This document shows positions 50,790 through 60,381 of a stretch of DNA of 61,038 nucleotides, in pieces. Each line of letters begins with the position of its first letter. Position 1 is the first letter of the stretch. Under the pieces are notes generated by a model. The model was not told the DNA's origin. It did not search any database and saw nothing but the letters and a program-made list of their open reading frames with translations. The position numbers and the translations under genes were made by a program. Source of the stretch: a candidate division WWE3 bacterium. GTDB taxonomy: Bacteria; Patescibacteriota; WWE3; UBA101185; UBA10185. Where the stretch lies: positions 1 through 61,038 of the forward strand of contig CAMDGN010000001.1 of the NCBI GenBank assembly GCA_945897985.1, given 5' to 3'.

Positions 50790-53700
50790 ATGAATACTGC
50801 CAAAAAAATTAAAGATTATATTTTAATCGCTATTTTAATTTTAATTCCGGCAGTTATTTCCTATCAAAATTTTAATTCTGGAACCTATCTTTCTGGCTGG
50901 GATACAATACATTCCGAATTTGATTTCAATATTACTTTTAGTAGACTTCTTTCTCCAACCTATATGGATCATCAAGGTCTAGGGGCAGTTTCTTCTCAAT
51001 CCCATATAGCTGAATTACCAAGAATTATTTTTATTTACCTACTATCTTTTGTTGCTAGTGAGAATTTTCTAAGATATTCTTGGATTTTTTTAATGTTAAT
51101 AATTGGTCCTCTCGGTGTTTATTTTTTCTTAAAGGAACTTCTTACACAAGATGCAGAAGACGATGAAGACGAGTCCATGTTATTTCCCTCTTTTATTGGA
51201 GCTATATTTTATTTAACCAATCTTTCGGTTGTCCAACACTTTGATGTTCCGCTCGAAATGTTTGTAACATTCTTTGGTTTCTTAGGTTTTGTATTTTTAT
51301 TTATTCTTAAATGCCAAAGAGATTTTTCTAAAAAGAACTTTCTTTATTTAGTTTTATTTTCGTTTCTAATTTCGCCTTCATCTCATACAGCTACCTTGTT
51401 CTACATGTTCCTACTATTTACCGGTCTATATCTTTTGGTTCAAACATTGTCGTCTGATAATAAATTAGGAGCATTAAAAAATTCAGCTCAAATTTTGTTA
51501 ACAATATTTTTGACTAATCTTTTTTGGATTCTTCCGAACATTTATTTTATTCTGACTCACGGGATTGAAGTTTCCAATTCAAAAATTCACACTCTATTTT
51601 CTGATCAAGCTTACCTTTCAAATCTTTCATTTGGAAATCTATCTGATATTGCGATACTTAAAAACTATTTGTTTATCTGGCAAATTTGGAACAAAGACAG
51701 GTTTTCGCCCTTGCTTGGATCTTGGGTTGATAATTTAAATACCGGAATAGCTCTTTTTGGTTTTGCTATTTTCTTTTTTGCTATTTTTGGGATGGGACTT
51801 TCGTTGGTTAAGAAGGAGAAGAAGTTATTTGGATTTATTGCAACCTTTCTATTCTGCGCCTTTTTTATTGCCTCTTCTAAATCGGTTATAGGTGATGTGA
51901 TTGATTTTCTTAGAAACAACGTTCCTTTTTTACAAGAAGCATTAAGATTTCCATTCAATAAATTTTCAACTTTATTCTCATTTTCTGTTTCGATATTCTT
52001 AGCTTATTTCTTTTACCTTGTTTTCAATATAAGCAAAATGAAGGCTTTAAATATAACTACTTCGTTTTTATTTTTAGTATTTTCCTGCGTCTTCTTCCTA
52101 CCTGCCTTTAGAGGTGAGTTGATTAATCCGTTAATGAGAGTCAACTTCGATAACGCTTATTTTGAAATGTTTGATTACTTTAAAAATCAACCTGAGTACG
52201 GAAGAGTAGCTGACCTTCCGATTCATAGTGTTTATGGATGGTCTTATTATAAATTTGGTTATCAAGGGGCTGGTTTTTTGTGGTTTGGGATTGATAAGCC
52301 GCTCTTAAATAGGGAATTTGATAGATGGGGAGTTAAGAATGAAGATTACTACAATGAAATGTCCTTTGGTATTTACAATGATAATCCTAAGTTAGTTGAA
52401 AATGTATTAAATAAATATCAAGTAAGATGGGTGCTTGTTGACGAAAATATTTTTTCTCCTGGAGATGACCCTAAAATACTTCATCTTGGGGAAGCTAAAA
52501 AGACTTTATCTCAGGTTCCAAATTTAAAACTTGATAAACAAATCGGGGAAAATATTTATATTTATAAATTTTTCCCAAAGGTTGATTTTGTTAAAAATAA
52601 ATATATAGATAAAGCTTCGTTTTTATCAAACGAGTCGTTCCGAGAAAATGAAGACCTAGTGTTTTCGACTCTTGGAAATTACTACTCAGTTAAATCATCT
52701 GAAGTCACTTTTGGTTTAAAAACAGCAACTGAAATTTTAAATCCTAAACTTATTTCATCGGATGAAAAAACAATTACTATCTCTAATGTCGCTGGAGTTA
52801 AGGCGAACCAAGTTTCTGCGGAAATTAAACTGTCTTTTCCATCGCTTGATCTAAAAGTTGGAAGTATTGAAACTAACTATAAAATCTCAAACGCGGCCTC
52901 TGATTATTTATCTTTAAACTCAACCTTACTATCTACAAATAGACCTCAAACCTTAAATCTTTCGCAAGATAATTCGATTACAGTTTGGAAAAAAATAAGT
53001 GAAGTCGGCTATCCAGAAATTAAAAATTATATTTCTATTATTAACTGCGGTCTTGATACTCAGGATACTTCTTATTCTCTTGAGCAAAGGGGTACTTCAG
53101 ATCTTGTTATAAACTCCCAAAACGCTGATGCTTGTGTCAATTTTGATTTAAGAGGACTCTTAAAGAATAAAACTTTTGATTCTTATATTGTCTCTTTCGA
53201 TGTTAAAGCAAGTCATAATTTCCCAACATTTTGTTCTGTAAACAACAATAATTGCTTTAAAGAAAACGTCACAGAAACATTCCAAAAACTTCTCTCTAAG
53301 GATGAAAATATTTTAAGATTATTTAATAAATCAGGAAAAGATATTCAATCAGAAATAATAGTTTCTAACTTAAAACTTACTTTAATTAAAAATGCAGGAC
53401 TGATGAGCGTTAAATTACCTGAAGCTCTGTTTAACAAAAGTGACACTCTTGTTATCAAGAAGAACTTTGATTTTAGCGGTACCCTTGAAAGATTTGGTTT
53501 TAATCCAAGAGTTTGTGGAAGATCTGATTCAGTAAAATCTGAGTTAGGTGTTTTCGAGTCTTCGGATTTGAATCTTTGTGACTCCTACAATATAAATTAT
53601 GACGCAAATTCATATTCAATAGTTGAGATTAAATCAAAAAATTATGCCGGTCTTCCACTAAGGCTTTGTTTACAAAACACCGAGACTTACAGATGTGATT

Positions 53701-54158
53701 TCTTTGTGGCCTTACCTAAAAATAAAGAACTGAAGTCTGATTTCGTTTTACTGCCCGCTTTTAAAGGACCTCATAAATTAGCCATTACCAACCAGGTTAT
53801 TGAAGGTAACGTTTCAAAAAATGAAGTTTCCTATATGTCTATCAATAGAATTGATTATTTAAATTCATTTACACTAGTCAAAAACAATCCAAATAACCTT
53901 TATTACCTAGACTCTAGTTATGATAGGGGGTTTATTGCTCTTTGTGGGTATAAAGTTTGTAATTATGAACATGTTTTAGTAAATAACTGGGCCAATGGCT
54001 GGGTTTTACCTTCAAATTACGACGCTCAAGAAGCACCAATAAGGGTATTCTTCTGGCCAAACCTGCTTCCAGTTTTAGGATTTTTTATCTGGTTAACTTA
54101 TATTTTAGTCTCTCTTTGGAGAAGCTTTAATCCTCCAGTTGTTGACAAATCAAAGTAA
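50790..54158 (+). CDS. giant polytopic membrane protein, GT-C-like (DUF3367/AftD-like) N-half with large extracytoplasmic C-half and terminal TM
   Basis: 1122 aa. About a dozen hydrophobic segments in the first about 450 aa. The YLSGWDTIHSEFD loop resembles GT-C arabinofuranosyl/mannosyl-transferase-like proteins. Function tentative. Confidence 0.55.
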   Translation: MNTAKKIKDYILIAILILIPAVISYQNFNSGTYLSGWDTIHSEFDFNITFSRLLSPTYMDHQGLGAVSSQSHIAELPRIIFIYLLSFVASENFLRYSWIFLMLIIGPLGVYFFLKELLTQDAEDDEDESMLFPSFIGAIFYLTNLSVVQHFDVPLEMFVTFFGFLGFVFLFILKCQRDFSKKNFLYLVLFSFLISPSSHTATLFYMFLLFTGLYLLVQTLSSDNKLGALKNSAQILLTIFLTNLFWILPNIYFILTHGIEVSNSKIHTLFSDQAYLSNLSFGNLSDIAILKNYLFIWQIWNKDRFSPLLGSWVDNLNTGIALFGFAIFFFAIFGMGLSLVKKEKKLFGFIATFLFCAFFIASSKSVIGDVIDFLRNNVPFLQEALRFPFNKFSTLFSFSVSIFLAYFFYLVFNISKMKALNITTSFLFLVFSCVFFLPAFRGELINPLMRVNFDNAYFEMFDYFKNQPEYGRVADLPIHSVYGWSYYKFGYQGAGFLWFGIDKPLLNREFDRWGVKNEDYYNEMSFGIYNDNPKLVENVLNKYQVRWVLVDENIFSPGDDPKILHLGEAKKTLSQVPNLKLDKQIGENIYIYKFFPKVDFVKNKYIDKASFLSNESFRENEDLVFSTLGNYYSVKSSEVTFGLKTATEILNPKLISSDEKTITISNVAGVKANQVSAEIKLSFPSLDLKVGSIETNYKISNAASDYLSLNSTLLSTNRPQTLNLSQDNSITVWKKISEVGYPEIKNYISIINCGLDTQDTSYSLEQRGTSDLVINSQNADACVNFDLRGLLKNKTFDSYIVSFDVKASHNFPTFCSVNNNNCFKENVTETFQKLLSKDENILRLFNKSGKDIQSEIIVSNLKLTLIKNAGLMSVKLPEALFNKSDTLVIKKNFDFSGTLERFGFNPRVCGRSDSVKSELGVFESSDLNLCDSYNINYDANSYSIVEIKSKNYAGLPLRLCLQNTETYRCDFFVALPKNKELKSDFVLLPAFKGPHKLAITNQVIEGNVSKNEVSYMSINRIDYLNSFTLVKNNPNNLYYLDSSYDRGFIALCGYKVCNYEHVLVNNWANGWVLPSNYDAQEAPIRVFFWPNLLPVLGFFIWLTYILVSLWRSFNPPVVDKSK

Positions 54159-54203
54159 ATACCCCATAATACACCATTAAAATAGTTCCTGCCATTACTA
54201 TTT

Positions 54204-55046
54204 ATGATTAAAAATATAAAATTAATGGCATTATCTATATTATTTTTTGCGACCAACTTTGGTTCAGTACACGCAGTGAACTGTGTTGATACGGCCTACG
54301 GAAGCTTATGCTCAAACTCCATTTCAGACTTCGATTTAAATAAATCTGTTTCAAAAGCTAACTCAACCGATAGAAAAGAAAGAATTACCGGTGTTAAAAA
54401 AGGTGAAAATTTTATTTTCTACTTTAGGATCAAAAATAACACCTTAAATGAAGCAACTGTAAGCCTACAGGATAACCTTCCAACTCAACTTGAAAGAGTT
54501 GGTGGTATTAGTTATACCGAAAAAGTCGTTATTTTTCCCAAATCATTCAAAATAGTTGAAATGACAGTTAAAGTTAAAGATTCTGAATTCTTAAACAAGT
54601 CTTTCTTTGAAAAATGTGTTGTTAATAAGGCTTATATTTATAAAGATAAAGACTTAAAAGACACTTCAACTGCAACTGTATGTTACGGAGATGGCTTTGG
54701 TATCGCTCCTTCTATTTTTGGAATCGATAATCAGGTACTTGGAACCTCACTTGCTACACCCTCAGCTTCTCCAGCAGTTGATACCAGCTATATTACAAAT
54801 AATTACTTTTTTAATACAATCGTAAGCACTGATTACTATAGTTTATTCAATATCGGTTATTTTTCAGGGCTTGGAAATAGCTTTAAGGATTTTTGTGGCT
54901 CAATACCTTCCAAATTCAACGATTTACAGGCTTCAGCATGGATTCAAGATAACGTTATGAACCCTAATACTGAGGCAAGAATCAAACTTATAAAGATTGT
55001 CATATTTCCTCATTTTCTGACCATTATTGACAACCTATTAAATTAA
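54204..55046 (+). CDS. secreted DUF11-like repeat-domain protein (paralog of next gene, no sorting signal)
   Basis: Signal peptide. The core aligns with 55143..55733 (…ITG.KKG..F.F.F.I.N.T.NE.T..L.DNLP…EKCVVNKAYI.KDKD.KD.STATVC.G). The C-terminus differs. Confidence 0.55.
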   Translation: MIKNIKLMALSILFFATNFGSVHAVNCVDTAYGSLCSNSISDFDLNKSVSKANSTDRKERITGVKKGENFIFYFRIKNNTLNEATVSLQDNLPTQLERVGGISYTEKVVIFPKSFKIVEMTVKVKDSEFLNKSFFEKCVVNKAYIYKDKDLKDTSTATVCYGDGFGIAPSIFGIDNQVLGTSLATPSASPAVDTSYITNNYFFNTIVSTDYYSLFNIGYFSGLGNSFKDFCGSIPSKFNDLQASAWIQDNVMNPNTEARIKLIKIVIFPHFLTIIDNLLN

Positions 55047-55142
55047 TTAACCCTATAGTAGTTGACAATTAATAGAGAATACCCTATAATACTCATCTAT
55101 TAGTTATTACTTGCCTCTAATAAAGGAAAGAAGAAAGAAAAT

Positions 55143-55733
55143 ATGAAAAAAATTAAATTATTTGTACTACCAATTTTAGTATATGTTTCAACTATTACTA
55201 TGGCTTTTGCCTCATGTAATAGTTCTGCATATGGTGCTTACGGTTCTTCTTGCTCAAACTCTGAGTATAACCTAGAGAAAACAGTAACTAAAGCTGGAAC
55301 ATCCGAAGATAAAAAGAAAATCACTGGAATCAACAAAGGTGATACTTTTACTTTTGAATTCAAGATTGAAAACAAAACTTCAAACGAAGTTACTCTGAAT
55401 TTAGAAGATAACCTACCTTCAGAATTTGAAAAAGTTTCTGGAATTGGTTATACCGAAGAAGTTAAATTAGACGCTAAGTCAAGAAAAACTCTTGAGATGG
55501 TTGTTAAAGTTAAAGATTCAGAGTTTGCTACTAAATCAAACTTTGAGAAGTGTGTTGTAAACAAAGCTTACATCTCAAAAGATAAGGATCAAAAAGATTC
55601 TTCTACTGCGACTGTATGTTTTGGTGAAGGTGTAGCTAATACACTTCCAAAAACAGGTCCTGAGAACATTGTTCTTGGTGCCAGTGCTTTATCTCTAGCT
55701 CTTGGATTCGCTCTAAAGAGATTTAAAAGATAA
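55143..55733 (+). CDS. LPXTG-type cell-wall-anchored DUF11-like protein
   Basis: Signal peptide. C-terminal LPKTG, then the hydrophobic stretch ENIVLGASALSLALGFAL, then KRFKR. This is the classic sortase signal. Confidence 0.7.
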   Translation: MKKIKLFVLPILVYVSTITMAFASCNSSAYGAYGSSCSNSEYNLEKTVTKAGTSEDKKKITGINKGDTFTFEFKIENKTSNEVTLNLEDNLPSEFEKVSGIGYTEEVKLDAKSRKTLEMVVKVKDSEFATKSNFEKCVVNKAYISKDKDQKDSSTATVCFGEGVANTLPKTGPENIVLGASALSLALGFALKRFKR

Positions 55734-55746
55734 TCAAGTCCTCTTA

Positions 55747-55808
55747 AGTGGCTTGGAAAGATAGGCTGGGTTTAGGTGACTTTACGCGGCTTATCTTTCC
55801 AGGCCACT
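55747..55808 (+). terminator. 17-bp-stem hairpin followed by TTTTT (terminator of the LPXTG gene or start of the rho leader)
   Basis: Stem agtggcttggaaagata/tatctttccaggccact (one G:U pair) enclosing a 28-nt loop. Confidence 0.5.
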
Positions 55809-55919
55809 TTTTAATTCCCTGGATTAGTAATTGAATTTAGATTTTCTAGTGTTAAAATAAACATGTTAGATTTTAATGTTTCCTCAATCTGTTTTTAATA
55901 GAACTTTTAAACAGGATTT

Positions 55920-55963
55920 AAAGTTGGGAGGTAACATTGGGGCAGTGGTTATCTCCCAACTTT
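55920..55963 (+). promoter_or_regulatory. 16-bp hairpin in the rho 5' leader that sequesters a GGGAGG
   Basis: Stem aaagttgggaggtaac/ggttatctcccaacttt with a 12-nt loop. Ends 40 nt before the rho ATG. Confidence 0.4.
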
Positions 55964-56003
55964 AGATGATTTTCAAAAGAATTCAGAATTAATAATTACG
56001 CAT

Positions 56004-57170
56004 ATGACTCAAGAAATAAAACAAGAAACTAATACTAAAAAAACAAATAATGGCTTAGATTTTAACAATCTTCCTATCAAAGGATATTTATATGTCCAAA
56101 ATGACTATGGAAAAATTGTTCAAGATATCTCACTATCAGAAGAACTTCCAAAGGATGCTTATGTTTCTCATTCTCAAATGAAGAAATTTGGTATTAGACC
56201 TGGAGATTTTATTGAAGGTTCCGCAAGAGGTCCAGAAAAGACCGAGAAATTACTACACTTACTTAAAGTTGACAAAGTTGCGGGGATGACTCCAGACGAA
56301 GCTAAAAAAAGACCATTCTTCAATGCTTTAACTCCGATATTTCCTTATGAATGGTTAAATTTAGAAACTAAACCTGAAGTTTTATCAACAAGACTTATTG
56401 ACTTGATTGCTCCTATTGGAAAAGGCCAAAGAGCTATGATCGTGGCCCCTCCTAAAGCCGGTAAAACATGGTTGCTTCAGCAAATTGCTAACGGAATTAC
56501 TGAAAACCACCCTGAAGTTAAAATCATCGTAACTCTAATTGGTGAAAGACCTGAAGAGGTGACCGATATGAAGAGGAACATTAAAGGTGAATTTTATTCT
56601 TCAAACTTCGACGAAGTTCCAGAAGAACAAATTAGAATTGCTGAAATTTCAGTTGAAGTTGCGAAAAGACTTGCTGAAAAAGGGGACGATGTTGTTATCT
56701 TAATGGACTCTCTTACAAGGCTTGCTAGAGCTTACAACATGGCGTGCCCTCCAAGTGGTAAAACTTTATCCGGAGGTTTCGATCCTTCAGCCCTATACCC
56801 TCCAAAAAGATTCTTTGGTGCTGCTAGAAAATTTGAAGAAGGTGGCTCATTAACTATCATTGCGACTTCTCTTGTAGATACAGGATCCAAAATGGACGAT
56901 GTTATTTTCGAAGAGTTCAAAGGAACCGGTAATCAAGAATTAAGACTAGATAGAAATCTTTCTGAAAGAAGAATTTTCCCTTCAATTGACATTAAAGCTT
57001 CCGGAACTAGAAACGAGGATAAGATTTTAGATTCAAAAACTCTTGAAAGCATCTACCGACTTAGAAGAATGGTAGATTTACTTAACGAGAAAGAATCAAC
57101 CTCTTTAGTAATAGAGCAACTTAAGAAAACTAAATCAAACAAAGACTTTCTTGAGAGTTTGACTAAATAA
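56004..57170 (+). CDS. rho: transcription termination factor Rho
   Basis: RNA-binding OB region, Walker [22 protein letters not shown] and Q/R-loop blocks. Confidence 0.95.
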   Translation: MTQEIKQETNTKKTNNGLDFNNLPIKGYLYVQNDYGKIVQDISLSEELPKDAYVSHSQMKKFGIRPGDFIEGSARGPEKTEKLLHLLKVDKVAGMTPDEAKKRPFFNALTPIFPYEWLNLETKPEVLSTRLIDLIAPIGKGQRAMIVAPPKAGKTWLLQQIANGITENHPEVKIIVTLIGERPEEVTDMKRNIKGEFYSSNFDEVPEEQIRIAEISVEVAKRLAEKGDDVVILMDSLTRLARAYNMACPPSGKTLSGGFDPSALYPPKRFFGAARKFEEGGSLTIIATSLVDTGSKMDDVIFEEFKGTGNQELRLDRNLSERRIFPSIDIKASGTRNEDKILDSKTLESIYRLRRMVDLLNEKESTSLVIEQLKKTKSNKDFLESLTK

Positions 57171-57224
57171 CCTTCATATTTTAAGCTAAAATCCCTAAAA
57201 TGTTATAATTAAACTTACCATTTT

Positions 57225-58418
57225 ATGAGTTTTAAACAATTTAAAGATAGATTTCATCGTAAGAATTACTACTCCAAATCTATTTTTCAAACCAACAAAT
57301 ATTTAAGGTTTTTGAAGAAATACACTTTGTCTATCCGTGCCTTTTTCTATTATCTTTCTTTAAAGATTCATAAATTTTTTAACTTCTTAAAGCTAGCAAT
57401 AATTTTTACATTTTCATTAAATCGAAGGCTTAAAGATTACTTTATTTCCAAATTGATTTGGTCTCGGGGAAAACTCGGAAAACCAGTAGCTGATTTTGTA
57501 GTTATTACAGCCTCATTCCTAGTCTTTTTAATTGGAGGGGTACTAAACTCAAATAAATTTGTAAATAGCGCTCAGGCTAATCCTGACGTGTTTAAAAACA
57601 CCCCAGATTATATACCTCAATACCAATCAACATTACTTTTAGTACCTGAAGAAAGAAAGCGAAATGAATCTATTAAATATGTTGTTGAAGGCGGCGATAC
57701 CTTGTTCTCTATTGGTCAAAGATACAAAATATCGGCTGACGCGATAAGGTATGTTAACAACATTGCTGATGCTGACACTATTACTGTGGGTCAGGAGTTA
57801 AGTATCCCGCCAATATCAGGAATTATTCACAAGGTTAAAAAAGGTGACTCGATTGAAGCTATCTCAAAACTTTATGATGTTCCTTCGCAAGCTATTGCTG
57901 ACTTTAATTACTTAACAGACATATCCTCACTTTCAGTAGGTTCTGAGTTAGTTATTCCTGATGCTAAGATTCCGCAAGCTGTAGCCCAAACCCCAACTTC
58001 GGGTACATCTTATTCTCAGATACAATTTGAGACAGGATTTAAAAAAGGCTGGTGTATCTGGCCTACAACTTCAAGAATTGTAACTCAAGGTTTTTCTTGG
58101 TATCACAGTGGTTTAGATGTAGCTACTTCATGGTTTAGTGCTATGCCTCCGATTTTCGCTTGTTCTGGTGGAAAGGTAGTAAAGGCTGGTTGGGATCCAA
58201 CAGGGTATGGGATCATGGTTATGATAGACCACGGGAACGGTGTCGCAACACTTTACGGTCACATGAGTAAACTTTATGTTTCTTATGGTGATTATGTCAA
58301 GCAAGGCCAACAGATTGGGGTAATGGGGAGTACTGGTAGAAGTACTGGGCCTCACCTGCATTTCGAGGTAAGAAAGAATTCGATTAGACAGAACCCACTG
58401 AACAGTGTTTATTATTAA
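57225..58418 (+). CDS. membrane-anchored LysM (x2) + M23 peptidase
   Basis: Two LysM repeats (YVVEGGDTLFSIGQRY..., HKVKKGDSIEAISKLY...). M23 motifs HSGLDVA and GSTGRSTGPHLHFEV. Confidence 0.85.
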   Translation: MSFKQFKDRFHRKNYYSKSIFQTNKYLRFLKKYTLSIRAFFYYLSLKIHKFFNFLKLAIIFTFSLNRRLKDYFISKLIWSRGKLGKPVADFVVITASFLVFLIGGVLNSNKFVNSAQANPDVFKNTPDYIPQYQSTLLLVPEERKRNESIKYVVEGGDTLFSIGQRYKISADAIRYVNNIADADTITVGQELSIPPISGIIHKVKKGDSIEAISKLYDVPSQAIADFNYLTDISSLSVGSELVIPDAKIPQAVAQTPTSGTSYSQIQFETGFKKGWCIWPTTSRIVTQGFSWYHSGLDVATSWFSAMPPIFACSGGKVVKAGWDPTGYGIMVMIDHGNGVATLYGHMSKLYVSYGDYVKQGQQIGVMGSTGRSTGPHLHFEVRKNSIRQNPLNSVYY

Positions 58419-58474
58419 CTTTATAGGCCATTTCTTTAGCAATTTGGCATCTTTAATGATAAAATCATCTAAAT

Positions 58475-59647
58475 ATGATTGATAATGCGCTAATTAAAAT
58501 TAAATCCGGTAAAGGTGGGGACGGTAGAGTTTCCTTTTTACATGAAAAATATAGACCTAACGCAGGTCCCGATGGTGGTGACGGAGCTAAAGGTGGAAGT
58601 GTCATCTTCTTAGCTGACGAAAACATGCATACTTTAAGAGACTTTAGATCCAGAGCTAACCTTGAGGCTCAAGATGGTGAAATGGGTAAGAAGAATAATA
58701 TGTTTGGAAAAGACGGTGTAGATTTAATAGTTCACATTCCTGTTGGTACTTTGGTTTATGAAATTAGAAGAGGTCAGGAAGTTTTAGTCGGAGATTTCCA
58801 TACCCATAACCAGCAGATGATAATGGCTAAGGGAGGAAATGGAGGAAAAGGGAACTTTAGGTTTAGATCCTCAACCAACCAAATACCAACCCAATTTACA
58901 TATGGCGGACCTTCAATTGAAAAAGAAATCAGATTAGAGATCAAGCTTGTAGCTGATTGCGGAATTATTGGACTTCCAAATGCTGGAAAATCCACATTTG
59001 TAAATAAAGTAACTAAAGCCGCTGCCAAAATTGGAAACTACCCATTTACAACATTAGAGCCAAATCTTGGAGTTTGCATTTATAACAATAGAAAATTAGT
59101 ATTTGCTGATATTCCAGGACTAATTGAAGGTGCTTCGACTGGAAAAGGTTTAGGAGACGAATTTTTAAGACACGTCGAAAGAAATAAGGTTTTAGTTCAT
59201 TTAATTGATCCTACTTACGATGCTATAGCTAATGGCCTAGTTAGTGAATTTGACGCTGAGGTTTTATCTCAAAACTCCCTTTCAAATTACAAAATTATTA
59301 GAAAAGAGCTTGAAGATTATAAATCTAAGTATCAAGCCCTCACAGAAAAGCAGGAAATCGTTGTGATTAACAAAATAGATATCACAGAGGTCAGAGAGAA
59401 CTTCGAGGCTATAAGAGCTAATTTTGAAGCTCTAGGACTAAAAGTTTTTGGCATCTCTGCTTTCACAGGAGAAGGTGTTGAAGTACTTCTTGATGAGGTC
59501 TATAAAATAGTTGAATCGACACAATCAATTAAATTTGAAAAGAAGAATCCTGTTAGAATTATCAATATTCAGGACTTGAAGAATAAGAGATTTATCTTTA
59601 ATATTTCTGATATTGATGAAGCAAAGAGTAATACATTTGCTCTTTAA
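58475..59647 (+). CDS. obg: GTPase ObgE/CgtA
   Basis: Gly-rich Obg fold (GGDGRVSF, GGDGAKGG), G1 GLPNAGKST, G3 DIPGLIEGA, G4 NKID. Confidence 0.95.
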   Translation: MIDNALIKIKSGKGGDGRVSFLHEKYRPNAGPDGGDGAKGGSVIFLADENMHTLRDFRSRANLEAQDGEMGKKNNMFGKDGVDLIVHIPVGTLVYEIRRGQEVLVGDFHTHNQQMIMAKGGNGGKGNFRFRSSTNQIPTQFTYGGPSIEKEIRLEIKLVADCGIIGLPNAGKSTFVNKVTKAAAKIGNYPFTTLEPNLGVCIYNNRKLVFADIPGLIEGASTGKGLGDEFLRHVERNKVLVHLIDPTYDAIANGLVSEFDAEVLSQNSLSNYKIIRKELEDYKSKYQALTEKQEIVVINKIDITEVRENFEAIRANFEALGLKVFGISAFTGEGVEVLLDEVYKIVESTQSIKFEKKNPVRIINIQDLKNKRFIFNISDIDEAKSNTFAL

Positions 59648-59653
59648 AATAGA

Positions 59654-59729
59654 GGGCCTTTAGCTCAGTTGGTAGAGCGCTTCCGTGGCACGGAAGAGGT
59701 CAGCGGTTCGATCCCGCTAAGGTCCACCA
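59654..59729 (+). tRNA. tRNA-Ala (GGC)
   Basis: GGGCCTT acceptor, anticodon stem CTTCC/GGAAG, loop GTGGCAC, GGTTCGATCCC T-arm, encoded CCA. Confidence 0.9.
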
Positions 59730-59745
59730 TAAATATAAAAAGAAT

Positions 59746-59771
59746 GGGGCGGCAGTAAAAACTGCCGCCCC
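59746..59771. terminator. bidirectional GC-rich hairpin terminator
   Basis: 10-bp stem ggggcggcag/ctgccgcccc with a 6-nt loop. T runs follow on both strands. It sits between tRNA-Ala and the stop of ORF 59777..60247. Confidence 0.7.
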
Positions 59772-59776
59772 TTTGT

Positions 59777-60247
59777 TTACCAAGGACACATTGTAGTTGC
59801 CGTTTCGACCAACACTTCCTCAGTTCCCCAAACAATTGCGTGAGTCCTCCAAAATGGCAGTGACTCTTTTGTAGCTTTAGGGTCCCATGGTTCGTGGGGC
59901 GATCTTTTACCAATCCAAGAAGTGATAAGTACCAGTTCGTTTATAGCAACTCTCTTTAGAATTACCACAACAGAGGAGCAATCTATTGGTTGCCGGTCTT
60001 TGACAAAAGCAGTCCACCCATTTCTGTTTGGACGCTTAGCATAAACGATTATGTCGTCGATGCCGGTTTTGACCAAGTTGCACTTTCCAACGATTCTTCC
60101 CATTTCAACTTCGAGAACAGCGTAATCCATTTCAGCAGGCATCTCGATTTTTGCGAGCGCCTCTTTCACTAAAGAAGCTGCTATGTGATTGTGGCTGTTG
60201 TATCTGTCATGGACAGTTACACCATTAGCTGTCTTACCAAGAGTCAT
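59777..60247 (-). CDS. 156-aa orphan protein, GC-rich
   Basis: AAAGGAGAAAGAT precedes the ATG. Promoter-like TTGACA upstream and a hairpin downstream. No family recognised. Confidence 0.65.
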   Translation of the reverse strand: MTLGKTANGVTVHDRYNSHNHIAASLVKEALAKIEMPAEMDYAVLEVEMGRIVGKCNLVKTGIDDIIVYAKRPNRNGWTAFVKDRQPIDCSSVVVILKRVAINELVLITSWIGKRSPHEPWDPKATKESLPFWRTHAIVWGTEEVLVETATTMCPW

Positions 60248-60282
60248 ATCTTTCTCCTTTATATGTCTCGAATAGTTTTGAA

Positions 60283-60311
60283 ATAATATTATAGGCTGGT
60301 TAATCTGTCAA
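60283..60311 (-). promoter_or_regulatory. candidate promoter TTGACA-17-TATTAT
   Basis: TTGACA is the complement of 60306-60311. TATTAT is the complement of 60283-60288. A TATAAT also occurs, but at 12-nt spacing. Confidence 0.45.
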
Positions 60312-60329
60312 GATGGTTAGAAAAAGATT

Positions 60330-60351
60330 GAGCGGCTCTTTTGAGCCGCTC
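60330..60351 (-). terminator. terminator of the TPR gene
   Basis: 9-bp stem gagcggctc/gagccgctc with loop tttt. The minus strand continues AATCTTTTT. Confidence 0.6.
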
Positions 60352-60381
60352 CATCATGGTAACTATTCCTAGAATTGGTTG

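Noticed and set aside
59665-59913. 82-aa minus-strand ORF.
   Set aside because: It runs through tRNA-Ala(GGC) and the terminator hairpin, in an alternative frame of the GC-rich cassette gene. It has no SD.
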